A DNA stretch of 64,000 nt from Paracoccaceae bacterium (GCA_030758115.1 JANREX010000102.1:2530-66529), one strand, 5' to 3'; shown: positions 38,214 through 47,125, counted from the stretch's first letter. Notes: generated from the sequence alone by a model not told the origin. Made by a program: numbers and translations.

Positions 38214-40214
38214 TCACTCGAACTCCATGATCACGGCATCCACGGCCAGGCTGTCGCCGGGGGCCGCGTTGATCTTGGCGACCACGCCCTTGCGCTCGGC
38301 GCGCAGGATGTTCTCCATCTTCATGGCCTCGACCGTGCACAGCGCCTGACCGTCCTGCACCTCGTCGCCGACCTCGACATTGATCTTCACGATCAGGCCG
38401 GGCATCGGGCAGAGCAGCAGTTTCGACGTATCCGGCGGCGTCTTCTCGATCATCAGCCCGGCCAGTTCGGCCTGGCGGGGGGTGCGCACATGCACCTTCA
38501 GATCGGCGCCACGCGACCGGATGCGGAACCCGCCCGAGATCTTGCCAACCTTCAGCACCAGGGGTTCGCCGCTGACATCCAGCGTGGCAAGCTGATCGCC
38601 GGGTGTCCAATCGCTGGTCACCCGCAATTCCGATCCGTCATCGAAACAGACGGTCGATCCGCCATGATCGGCCCGGATCGTGACCGGGTAGCTGTGCCCC
38701 TGCAATGACACCACCCAGTCGCTGCCGACCTTGCGTTCATGGTTGTCCATCCGCCCCGACACGCGCGAGCGCCGGATCTCGGCCACCCGGTGCATCGCGG
38801 CGCAAGAGGCCGCGATCCGCCGCAGCACATCATCGGGAAGGGCCACACCGTTGAAGCCTTCGGGAAATTCCTCGGCGATGAAGGCGGTCGTGATGGTGCC
38901 GGCCACGAATTTCGGATGATCCATCACCGCGCTCAGGAAGGGCAGGTTATGGCCGATCCCTTCCACCTCGAACCCGTCCAGCGCGTTGCGCATCGCCTCG
39001 ATCGCATCGGCGCGCGTCGGGCCCCAGGTGCAGAGCTTGGCGATCATCGGATCGTAATACATGCTGATCTCGCCGCCCTCGTAGACGCCGGTATCGTTGC
39101 GCACCACGTGACCCGGCTCGATCACCTCGGCAGGTGGGCGATAGCGCGTCAGGCGCCCGATGGAGGGCAGGAAGTTGCGATAGGGATCTTCGGCATAAAG
39201 GCGGCTTTCCATCGCCCAGCCATTCAGCTTGACGTCCGACTGCTTGAGCGCCAGCGCCTCGCCGTAAGCCACGCGGATCATCTGTTCCACCAGATCGACA
39301 CCCGTGATCAGTTCGGTCACCGGATGTTCCACCTGAAGGCGCGTGTTCATTTCGAGGAAATAGAAGTTGCGCTGCCCGTCGACGATGAATTCCACCGTCC
39401 CCGCAGAGGTATAGCCCACGGCAGCGGCCAGGGCGCAGGCCTGCTCGCCCATCGCCTTGCGCGTCGCCGCGTCCAGGAAGGGGCTTGGCGCCTCTTCGAT
39501 GACCTTCTGGTTGCGGCGCTGGATCGAACATTCCCGCTCGCCCAGGTAGATCGTGTTGCCATGGCTGTCGGCCAGCACCTGGATCTCGATATGGCGCGGC
39601 TGGGTCACGAATTTCTCGATGAAGATCCGGTCATCCCCGAAAGAGCTGGCCGCCTCGTTCTTGGACGACTGGAAGCCTTCGCGCGCCTCCTCGTCGTTCC
39701 ATGCGATGCGCATGCCCTTGCCGCCGCCGCCCGCAGAGGCCTTGATCATCACCGGATAGCCGATCTCGCCCGAGATCTTCACCGCCTCGTCCGCATCCGC
39801 AATGAGGCCCATGTAGCCGGGCACCGTCGACACGCCCGCTTCGGCCGCGATCTTCTTCGAGGTGATCTTGTCGCCCATCTTTTCGATCGCCCCGACGGGC
39901 GGCCCGATGAAGGCCACGCCCTCGGCGGCCAGCGCCTCGGCGAACTTGCTGTTCTCGGACAGAAAGCCATAACCCGGATGCACGGCCTCGGCGCCGGTCT
40001 GGCGGATTGCCTCCATGACCTTGTCGATCACGATATAGGATTGGTTCGCAGGTGCCGGCCCGATATGCACCGCCTCGTCGGCCATCTGCACATGCAGCGC
40101 CTGCCGGTCGGCATCGGAATAGATGGCGACCGTCTTGATCCCCATCTTGCGGGCGGTCTTGATGACGCGGCAGGCGATCTCGCCCCGGTTCGCGATCAGG
40201 ATCTTCTTGAACAT
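38214..40214 (-). CDS. pccA: Propionyl-CoA carboxylase alpha (biotin carboxylase / BCCP) subunit
   Basis: MFKKILIANRGEIA start, ATP-grasp domain, C-terminal biotinyl motif EAMKMEN; 666 aa from ATG 40214. Confidence 0.9.
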   Translation of the reverse strand: MFKKILIANRGEIACRVIKTARKMGIKTVAIYSDADRQALHVQMADEAVHIGPAPANQSYIVIDKVMEAIRQTGAEAVHPGYGFLSENSKFAEALAAEGVAFIGPPVGAIEKMGDKITSKKIAAEAGVSTVPGYMGLIADADEAVKISGEIGYPVMIKASAGGGGKGMRIAWNDEEAREGFQSSKNEAASSFGDDRIFIEKFVTQPRHIEIQVLADSHGNTIYLGERECSIQRRNQKVIEEAPSPFLDAATRKAMGEQACALAAAVGYTSAGTVEFIVDGQRNFYFLEMNTRLQVEHPVTELITGVDLVEQMIRVAYGEALALKQSDVKLNGWAMESRLYAEDPYRNFLPSIGRLTRYRPPAEVIEPGHVVRNDTGVYEGGEISMYYDPMIAKLCTWGPTRADAIEAMRNALDGFEVEGIGHNLPFLSAVMDHPKFVAGTITTAFIAEEFPEGFNGVALPDDVLRRIAASCAAMHRVAEIRRSRVSGRMDNHERKVGSDWVVSLQGHSYPVTIRADHGGSTVCFDDGSELRVTSDWTPGDQLATLDVSGEPLVLKVGKISGGFRIRSRGADLKVHVRTPRQAELAGLMIEKTPPDTSKLLLCPMPGLIVKINVEVGDEVQDGQALCTVEAMKMENILRAERKGVVAKINAAPGDSLAVDAVIMEFE

Positions 40215-40273
40215 TTCAGGTCCCTTCTTGTTCTTGGCCGCAGGCACAGCGCCCCGCGGGAGTCGGTTCTTCG

Positions 40274-40313
40274 GACAACAAAAAACCACCGGCCCGCGTC
40301 AGGGTCCGGTGGT
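40274..40313 (-). terminator. Intrinsic terminator after the 67-aa lipoprotein gene
   Basis: Minus strand ACCACCGG-N13-CCGGTGGT followed by TTTTTTGTTG; 48 nt downstream of the stop and only about 60 nt upstream of the pccA ATG. Confidence 0.65.
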
Positions 40314-40360
40314 CTGTTTCAGACAGGATGGGGTCGTGCGGGATCAGCCGCGCGACGGCA

Positions 40361-40564
40361 TCAGCAGCGCGATGGGTACTGCTGGCAGTAAAGCACGTTG
40401 GCCGCGCCGCCGACAACGGCGCCGGTGATCGGGTTGCCATCCAGCACGACAGCCGCGGCCGTGCCTGCGCCCGCGCCGATGAGCCCCTGCTCAAGCGGTG
40501 TGTCGCCACAACCTGCAAGTGCAAGGGCGCAAGCTGCGCCCGCGATCCATTTGGTGAACTGCAT
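40361..40564 (-). CDS. Small Gly-rich lipoprotein (67 aa)
   Basis: Lipobox ALALAGC, glycine-zipper-like GAGAGTAAAVV..GAVVGGAA, AGGAAGG Shine-Dalgarno sequence upstream. Confidence 0.6.
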   Translation of the reverse strand: MQFTKWIAGAACALALAGCGDTPLEQGLIGAGAGTAAAVVLDGNPITGAVVGGAANVLYCQQYPSRC

Positions 40565-40700
40565 CTTTGAGTGCCTTCCTTTTCAAGCCGTCTTCCTTGC
40601 GGGAAGGATGGCAGGATCGGCTGAAAGATCAACGCCCCATGCGCGCGCGCAGCCAGACTGGCGGTCCTCCGCCTATCGGACAAATCCGCGATTTTACTAA

Positions 40701-40743
40701 GGAAAAACGCGGGTGGAGTGCCTGGGGGACGGGCACTCCACCC
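40701..40743 (-). terminator. Strong intrinsic terminator in the 40.6-40.9 kb non-coding region
   Basis: Minus strand GGGTGGAGTGCC-N9-GGCACTCCACCC (12-bp stem) followed by GCGTTTTTCC. Confidence 0.65.
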
Positions 40744-40916
40744 GTCAGGGGTAGGGTAACGGTTCAGGCTGCCAGACCTGAGACGTAGAGCACAGTCAAC
40801 TACTACGTCCTGCAGACTGCCGCATGACCCGCGCTGCGCCAAGATGGATTCCGGCACCATGAAATCTTGGGCGTTTTCTCGCCCAAGTGGATCGTTCAGG
40901 TGCAGAAATCCGCCGA

Positions 40917-41264
40917 TCATTCTTCGAATACCTCGGGGAAAGAGGCGCGCGCCGCCGCCTCGTCGATCACCAGAAGCGCATCATAGCTGGCGGGATCGAA
41001 AGGATCGGTCGCGGGAATGACCTCGCGGCCGAAAAGCCAGCTCAGGCGGCCCGCATCCAGGTTGCCGCGCTCGAAGGGTTCGTCACCGAAATGATCCCAA
41101 AGCGCCGCCATGAACATCGCATCCGCATGCCTGTCGACGGCCTTGCGGTCGCGGTACCGCTCGCGCCGCGTCAGGGGCGTCACGCCCTTGGGGTTCGCGC
41201 GTCGGATGGTGAACTGGAAATCAGAGCCCGGAAGCCGCCCCGGGAAGCCGCGATGCTTCAGCAT
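40917..41264 (-). CDS. Hypothetical protein (115 aa)
   Basis: ORF with typical GC3-rich codon usage in the pcc cluster; no family recognised. Confidence 0.45.
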   Translation of the reverse strand: MLKHRGFPGRLPGSDFQFTIRRANPKGVTPLTRRERYRDRKAVDRHADAMFMAALWDHFGDEPFERGNLDAGRLSWLFGREVIPATDPFDPASYDALLVIDEAAARASFPEVFEE

Positions 41265-41375
41265 GGGCGGACCCTCCCGCCGGTTGCCGTGATCGCAGGG
41301 CGCACCGCGCGGGTGGCGCGGATGGACGGGACCAGTCCGGACGCCAGGCGTCCCGCAACCGGTCCCGATCCCGTT

Positions 41376-41519
41376 TTACTTGTATTTGCCGGTGTAGCTT
41401 GGCTCGATCGAGATGGGCTCGGGATCGACCACGACGAATTCTTCTTCCTTGGGCTGCGAGCAGGCCGCCACGAGGGCAACCATGCAAAGAGCCAACATGC
41501 TCGTGATGTTCTTCGACAT
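41376..41519 (-). CDS. Small lipoprotein, 47 aa (below the ORF-track cutoff)
   Basis: Hand translation MSKNITSMLALCMVALVAACSQPKEEEFVVVDPEPISIEPSYTGKYK*; AGGAGA 6 nt before the ATG; lipobox LVAAC. Confidence 0.5.
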   Translation of the reverse strand: MSKNITSMLALCMVALVAACSQPKEEEFVVVDPEPISIEPSYTGKYK

Positions 41520-41733
41520 CTGTTTCTCCTGTTACTTGTTCCTGACAGAACGCCCGGAATCCGGACGACCTGCCTCTTGCACGAGGTATCGGTCACTTGG
41601 GTATGACCGCCTGCGATCATACCGGAACGCATGGGTGAAACATATCCGGCGCCACGAAAGTGAGCCGGCTGTGTCGGAAAAGACTCAGATTCACGAACGA
41701 ATGAGGTCCGCCCCGCAAGATATTGTGGATGCA

Positions 41734-42135
41734 TCAAAATTCCTCCCAGATGCAGCGGCCGTCGCGGATCGCGAATGTCTCGATATACTGCACTGTGCCG
41801 GGGTCGGATTGACCGAATTCCAGCGGCTTGTCCATCAGCGAGACGATGACCTGCGAGACCTGCTCGCCTGCGTCGGAGAGCATCGGCAGCGCCTGGGACT
41901 CGCACAGCACGATGAAATCGCTCTGTACAAGATCGAAATCCGCGGTCGCCCCAAGGGCAGGCATGACATAGCGGAACCGCGCCCAGCGGGCCCCGTCGGT
42001 CTGCACCTCGACGAAGCCTTCCATCAGCCCCGCCTCAAGGCCCGAGGGCAACTGCACACCCGTTCCGGCGGCAGTTGCCGCCCCCGGAGCAAAGCCAAGC
42101 GCCACCATGGCGGCAACCACGCCGATCCGCATCAT
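41734..42135 (-). CDS. Secreted hypothetical protein (133 aa)
   Basis: Signal peptide MMRIGVVAAMVALGFAPGAATA. Its start overlaps the stop of the upstream ORF (ATGA). Confidence 0.55.
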   Translation of the reverse strand: MMRIGVVAAMVALGFAPGAATAAGTGVQLPSGLEAGLMEGFVEVQTDGARWARFRYVMPALGATADFDLVQSDFIVLCESQALPMLSDAGEQVSQVIVSLMDKPLEFGQSDPGTVQYIETFAIRDGRCIWEEF

Positions 42136-42539
42136 CCGCGCACCTCCGCATGGCGCATCCAGCGTCGGCGGGATGCCGGATCGGCCAGCACCTCGGCCAG
42201 GGCGGCCTGCGCCCAAGGCAACGGCGCCGCTGCATCCAGCGCGCCACCTGCGGTGACATGCATGCCATCGGCCCCCTGCTCCAGCCTGACGGCAGGCACG
42301 AAACCGCGCAGCCTTTGCAGGCGGCGCCAGACATCCTGGCGGATCTGGTGGGCCAGACGCGCCCGCCCCAGCACCCGGCCGGTGGTCGGCAGAACCGTGC
42401 AGGCCGACAGATCGAAGCGCACGGGCACGCGCCGCGTCAGGGTCAGCACCGGACCCTCCCGCAGCAGGTGCCAACCGTCGCGGCCCTTGCCCTGCACATG
42501 TTCCACAGCCCCTGGCATCTGGCGCAGCCCCTTCCTCAT
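42132..42539 (-). CDS. Hypothetical protein (start uncertain: ATG 42539 or GTG 42578)
   Basis: ORF translationally coupled to the next gene; no family recognised. Confidence 0.4.
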   Translation of the reverse strand: MRKGLRQMPGAVEHVQGKGRDGWHLLREGPVLTLTRRVPVRFDLSACTVLPTTGRVLGRARLAHQIRQDVWRRLQRLRGFVPAVRLEQGADGMHVTAGGALDAAAPLPWAQAALAEVLADPASRRRWMRHAEVRG

Positions 42540-42556
42540 CTTGCCGAAAATACTCA
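42530..42556 (-). repeat. Degenerate copy of the intergenic repeat core (GAGTATTTTCGGCAAGATGAGGAAGG)
   Basis: 16/23 to copy A and 17/23 to the 57371 copy. Preceded by the hairpin CCTGCCCGC-N14-GCGGGCAGG (42599-42568), which starts 14 nt after the pccB stop. Confidence 0.45.
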
Positions 42557-42613
42557 ATGATTCCGGACCTGCCCGCACGCCTCCTCGCGCGCGGGCAGGC
42601 CTCTTGTCCCGCC

Positions 42614-44152
42614 TTACAGCGGGATGTTGTCGTGCTTCTTCCAGGGATTCGTCAGCTTCTTGCCGCGCAGCGCCGCAAAGGCCCGCGCCACCCGGCGGCG
42701 CGTGCTATGGGGCTGGATCACCTCGTCGATGAAGCCACGCTCGGCCGCAACAAAGGGATTGGCGAAACGATCTTCGTAATCCTTGACGCGGCCCGCGATC
42801 TTTTCGGGATCGCTCAGTTCGCTGCGATAGAGGATCTCGGTCGCGCCTTTCGCCCCCATCACGGCGATCTCGGATGTCGGCCAGGCATAGTTGATATCGC
42901 CCTGCAGGTGCTTGGACGCCATCACCACGTAAGCACCACCATAGGCCTTGCGGGTGATCACCGTCACTTTCGGCACCGTCGCCTCGCCATAGGCGAACAG
43001 CAGCTTCGCACCATGCTTGATCACGCCGTTGTATTCCTGCGTCGTGCCGGGCAGGAAGCCGGGCACATCCACGAAGGTCAGGATCGGGATCTCGAACGCA
43101 TCGCAGAAGCGCACGAAACGCGCGGCCTTGCGGCTGCTGTCGATATCCAGACAGCCCGCCAGCACCATCGGCTGGTTCGCCACCACGCCCACGCTCTGCC
43201 CTTCCAGCCGGATGAACCCGGTGATGATGTTCTTGGCGAAATCCTCCTGGATCTCGTAGAAATCGCCCTCATCCGCGACCTTCAGGATCAGCTCCTTCAT
43301 GTCATAGGGCATGTTCGGATTGTCCGGCACCAGCGTATCAAGGCTCATCTCGACGCGGGCAGGATCGTCGAAGAAGGGGCGCACGGGCGGCTTTTCGCGG
43401 TTGTTGAGCGGCAGGAAATCCACCAGGCGGCGCACTTCGCTGAGCGCTTCGACATCGTTTTCGAAAGCGCCGTCGGCGACGCTTGATTTCTTGGTATGGG
43501 TCGAGGCCCCACCCAGTTCCTCGGCGCTCACGACCTCGTTGGTGACGGTCTTGACCACGTCGGGCCCGGTCACGAACATGTAGGAGCTGTCCTTCACCAT
43601 GAAGATGAAGTCGGTCATCGCGGGGCTGTAGACCGCGCCACCCGCGCAGGGCCCCATGATCAGGCTGATCTGCGGCACCACGCCCGAGGCCAGGATGTTG
43701 CGCTTGAACACCTCGCCGTAAGCCGCCAGCGAACTGACACCCTCCTGGATGCGCGCGCCACCCGAATCATTGATGCCGATCACCGGCGCGCCGTTCTGCA
43801 CGGCCATGTCCATGATCTTGCAAATCTTGGCCGCATGGGTTTCGGACACCGACCCGCCCAGCACCGTGAAGTCCTGGCTGAACACATAGACCATGCGCCC
43901 GTTGATCGTCCCCCAGCCGGTAACCACGCCATCGCCGCGCGGCTTGCTGGCCTCCATCCCGAAATCGGTGCAGCGATGGGTCACGAACATGTCGTATTCC
44001 TCAAAGCTGTCCTCATCCAGCAACAGCTCGATGCGCTCGCGGGCGGTCAGCTTTCCCTTGGCGTGCTGCGCATCGATCCGAGCCTGACCACCGCCCAGGC
44101 GGGCCGTGTTGCGCCGCTCCTGGAGTTCCTGAAGGATATCTTTCATCGCCAC
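42614..44152 (-). CDS. pccB: Propionyl-CoA carboxylase beta (carboxyltransferase) subunit
   Basis: 512-aa carboxyltransferase with a typical N-terminus (..[28 protein letters not shown]) and paired crotonase-like domains. Confidence 0.95.
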   Translation of the reverse strand: MAMKDILQELQERRNTARLGGGQARIDAQHAKGKLTARERIELLLDEDSFEEYDMFVTHRCTDFGMEASKPRGDGVVTGWGTINGRMVYVFSQDFTVLGGSVSETHAAKICKIMDMAVQNGAPVIGINDSGGARIQEGVSSLAAYGEVFKRNILASGVVPQISLIMGPCAGGAVYSPAMTDFIFMVKDSSYMFVTGPDVVKTVTNEVVSAEELGGASTHTKKSSVADGAFENDVEALSEVRRLVDFLPLNNREKPPVRPFFDDPARVEMSLDTLVPDNPNMPYDMKELILKVADEGDFYEIQEDFAKNIITGFIRLEGQSVGVVANQPMVLAGCLDIDSSRKAARFVRFCDAFEIPILTFVDVPGFLPGTTQEYNGVIKHGAKLLFAYGEATVPKVTVITRKAYGGAYVVMASKHLQGDINYAWPTSEIAVMGAKGATEILYRSELSDPEKIAGRVKDYEDRFANPFVAAERGFIDEVIQPHSTRRRVARAFAALRGKKLTNPWKKHDNIPL

Positions 44153-44282
44153 TTCCCTGCTGCTGGCCCCTCGCGTCGCGCGCGGCTCAGGCCTGTCTCT
44201 TCCCGATGGTCGCCCGGCCCCGCGGACGCCCCTCCATCATGCCGGTATAGGTGCAGGCAAGGCAGGCGCAAAGCAGATTTCG

Positions 44283-44336
44283 GCAAATTTGCAAATAATT
44301 GGCAAGCGCCCTGATGCTAATTGCAAACTAGCAAAT
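44283..44336. promoter_or_regulatory. Array of TTTGCAAA-like units upstream of pccB (candidate PccR operator)
   Basis: GGCAAA-TTTGCAAA-TAA-TTGGCAAG ... ATTGCAAA-C-TAGCAAAT. GCAA units start at 44283, 44291, 44302, 44323 and 44331; 131-184 nt upstream of the pccB ATG. Confidence 0.4.
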
Positions 44337-44346
44337 TCATCCATGT

Positions 44347-45603
44347 ATGGAATGGACTTCCCCCAAGGTGCGGCCTACCCATTCGGGCATGCAAGACCTC
44401 AAACCGGTCCGCTACCTGGACCGCTCCACTGCACCGCATGCCTCTACGCTGATCCTGCTGGCAGGTCTATCGGCCATGGCCATGAATGTGTTTTTGCCAT
44501 CCCTGCCGGGCATGGCTGCACATTTCGAGGTGGATTACAGCGTCATGCAACTGTCTGTCGCCACCTACCTCGCGATGAACGCGGTGCTGCAAGTCCTGAT
44601 CGGGCCGGTCTCGGACAAGATCGGACGCCGCCCCGTGATCCTGTGGGGCGTGTTCCTGTTCTGCATCGCCACCATCGGGTGTCTGCTGGCGCCGAACGCC
44701 ACGATCTTTCTGATGTTCCGGTCGATGCAGGCCGCCGTCGCGGTCGCCATGGTCCTCAGCCGTGCCGTGGTGCGCGACATGTACAGCCAGGACCGCGCAG
44801 CCTCGATGATCGGTTATGTCACGATGGGCATGGCCGTGGTGCCCATGGTGGCCCCGGCAATCGGGGGCATTCTCGAAGACACCTTTGGCTGGCGCGCGAA
44901 TTTCCTGATGTTGCTGGGCTGCGGCATTCTGGTTCTGGTCATTGCCTGGCGCGATCTGGGTGAAACCAGCGCACCGACCGAAAATTCCCTGCTGCAGCAA
45001 TTCCGCGAATATCCCGAACTGCTGACATCGCAACGCTTCTGGGGCTATTGCCTGGCCTCGGCCTTCGGATCGGGGGCGTTCTTCGCCTATCTTGGCGGCG
45101 CGCCCTTCGTCGGCACAGAGGTCTTTGGCCTGACACCCAGCCAGCTGGGCATGTACTTCGCGGCCCCTTCGATCGGGTATTTCCTGGGCAACTGGGCAAC
45201 CGGGCTGCTGGCGGCGCGAAAGGGCGTCAACACCATGGTGCTTTGGGGGACGCTGATCTCGGCCCTTGGCATGACCCTGTCGCTGATCATCAGCTATGGC
45301 GGCCATTCCAGCCCGATGGTGTTCTTCGGCTTCATGAGCCTTGTGGGCATCGGCAACGGCATGACCATCGCCAATGCCACCGCCGGCATGCTGTCGGTGC
45401 GCCCGCATCTGGCCGGCACCGCCTCGGGCCTGGGTGGCGCGATCATGATCGGGGGCGGCGCCGGCCTTTCCGCCCTGGCAGGCGCGCTTCTGAAACCGGG
45501 ACGGGGCGAGTTTCCGCTGGTCTGGATCATGTTCGTGACCTCGGTTCTGTCCGTGGCCGCCATCCTTTACGTGATCCGGCGCGAGCGTCAGCTGGGCCTC
45601 TGA
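44347..45603 (+). CDS. MFS transporter (Bcr/CflA-like drug resistance type)
   Basis: 12-TM pattern with the DKIGRRPV loop motif. The start could be 44347 or 44389. Confidence 0.85.
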   Translation: MEWTSPKVRPTHSGMQDLKPVRYLDRSTAPHASTLILLAGLSAMAMNVFLPSLPGMAAHFEVDYSVMQLSVATYLAMNAVLQVLIGPVSDKIGRRPVILWGVFLFCIATIGCLLAPNATIFLMFRSMQAAVAVAMVLSRAVVRDMYSQDRAASMIGYVTMGMAVVPMVAPAIGGILEDTFGWRANFLMLLGCGILVLVIAWRDLGETSAPTENSLLQQFREYPELLTSQRFWGYCLASAFGSGAFFAYLGGAPFVGTEVFGLTPSQLGMYFAAPSIGYFLGNWATGLLAARKGVNTMVLWGTLISALGMTLSLIISYGGHSSPMVFFGFMSLVGIGNGMTIANATAGMLSVRPHLAGTASGLGGAIMIGGGAGLSALAGALLKPGRGEFPLVWIMFVTSVLSVAAILYVIRRERQLGL

Positions 45604-45622
45604 CGCGGCTTGCCTGCAAGGC

Positions 45623-45662
45623 TTTGCAAAGCTACGCTGCATGCGTCGCGACAGTTTGCAAA
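45623..45662. promoter_or_regulatory. Two perfect TTTGCAAA octamers just upstream of pccR
   Basis: CTTTGCAAAG (45623-45630 core) and GTTTGCAAAG (45655-45662 core), 24 nt apart. The second ends 9 nt before the pccR ATG. Confidence 0.4.
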
Positions 45663-45671
45663 GAATCCCAG

Positions 45672-47069
45672 ATGGCCACGCAGAAACTCTATGCCGGTGC
45701 GAAGCTGCGCGAGACGCGGCAGCGCCTTGGCCTGACCCAGAAGGAGTTTGCCGGCAAGCTGGGCGTCTCCCTGCCCTACCTGAACCAGATGGAGAACAAC
45801 AATCGCCCCGTGTCCACGGGTGTGGTTCTGGCGCTGGCGCAGGAATTCGGCTTTGACGTCACCGAACTCAGCACCGGTGACAGCGAACGGCTTGTCTCGG
45901 ACATGCGCGAGGCCATGGCCGACCCCGTTTTCGCCGAGAATGCGCCCCCGCTGGCCGATCTGCGCCTGACCGCCTCGAACGCGCCTGCCCTGGCACGCGC
46001 CTTTCTCGACCTGCACCGCGCCTATCGCCAGACCCACGAACGCCTGGCCTCTCTGGACGAGGCCCTGGGCCGCGAGGATGCCCGCACCCAGCCCTCCCCC
46101 TGGGACGAGGTGCGCGACTTCTTTCATTATTGCGACAATTACATCGATGCCGTCGATCGCGCCGCCGAGCGCTTCGCGAACCAGGCGGCTGGCAGCGGCA
46201 TCCGCGCGCATGCCCAAACCACGCTTGAAGACAGCGGTATAAGCGTCTCATTCCAGGATATTTCCACGATCCGCCACTTCGATCCGGCCACCCGCCGCCT
46301 GACGTTGTCATCGCGCGCGCAACCGGAAACCCAAGGCTTTCAGTTGCTGCTGCAGCTTGCCCTTATCAAACAGGACGCCCTGATCGAAGCCACGCTGGAC
46401 CTTGCACGATTCCAGTCGGAACAGGCGCGCGCCATCGCCAAGATCGGGCTTGCGAATTTCTTCGCTGGCGCCGCGCTCATGCCCTATGGCGCGTTTCAGG
46501 CGGCAGCCCATGAAACCCGGCACGATCTTGAACTTCTGGCCCATCGTTTCGGCGCCTCGATCGAACAGGTGGCGCATCGCCTGTCGACCCTGCAACGGCC
46601 TGGCGCCAAGGGCATCCCCTTCTTTTTCGTGCGCGTCGATCAGGCCGGCACCATCACCAAGCGTCATTCCGCCACGCGGCTGCAATTCGCCCGCTTCGGC
46701 GGCGCCTGCCCGCTGTGGAATGTCCACCGCGCCTTCGAGACGCCGGGCCGCTTTCTGCGCCAGTTGGCCGAAACCCCGGACGGCGTGCGCTACATCAGCC
46801 TGGCGCGGGACGTGTCGAAACCGGGCGGCAGCTTTGGCGCGCCAACCCGGCGCTTCGCCATCGCCCTGGGCTGCGAGGTGCGCCACGCGGCCGACCTTGT
46901 CTATGCCGACGACATGGACCTTGCCAATCCGCGCGCGTTCGAGCCGATCGGGATCTCCTGCCGGATCTGCGAACGAAAGGACTGTCACCAGCGCTCGGTC
47001 CCGCCGCTGGAACGCAGGCTCAGCATCAATTCGGACGAGCGCGGCGTCTTGCCCTATCGTGTGGATTGA
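45672..47069 (+). CDS. pccR: ScfR-family short-chain acyl-CoA regulator (XRE HTH plus ImmA/IrrE-like and DUF2083 domains), PccR-like
   Basis: HTH LRETRQRLGLTQKEFAGKLGVSLPYLNQMENNNRP and a long C-terminal domain with a Cys cluster (ISCRICERKDCHQRS); linked to pccB. The upstream part of the listed 673-aa ORF overlaps the MFS gene. Confidence 0.8.
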   Translation: MATQKLYAGAKLRETRQRLGLTQKEFAGKLGVSLPYLNQMENNNRPVSTGVVLALAQEFGFDVTELSTGDSERLVSDMREAMADPVFAENAPPLADLRLTASNAPALARAFLDLHRAYRQTHERLASLDEALGREDARTQPSPWDEVRDFFHYCDNYIDAVDRAAERFANQAAGSGIRAHAQTTLEDSGISVSFQDISTIRHFDPATRRLTLSSRAQPETQGFQLLLQLALIKQDALIEATLDLARFQSEQARAIAKIGLANFFAGAALMPYGAFQAAAHETRHDLELLAHRFGASIEQVAHRLSTLQRPGAKGIPFFFVRVDQAGTITKRHSATRLQFARFGGACPLWNVHRAFETPGRFLRQLAETPDGVRYISLARDVSKPGGSFGAPTRRFAIALGCEVRHAADLVYADDMDLANPRAFEPIGISCRICERKDCHQRSVPPLERRLSINSDERGVLPYRVD

Positions 47070-47102
47070 AAAAGAAAAGGCGCGGAAAAACCCTTCCGCG
47101 CC
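47068..47102 (-). terminator. Intrinsic terminator between convergent pccR and DUF465 genes
   Basis: GGCGCGGAA-N6-TTCCGCGCC 9-bp stem; on the minus strand it is followed by TTTTCTTTTT. Confidence 0.6.
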
Positions 47103-47125
47103 CCTGACCTGCAACTGCGGTCTTT

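Noticed and set aside
45048-45671. N-terminal 208 aa of the listed 673-aa ORF that contains pccR
   Set aside because: This part overlaps the MFS transporter gene in another frame and is Arg/Gly/Pro-rich. The XRE HTH begins right after the ATG at 45672, which follows the MFS stop.
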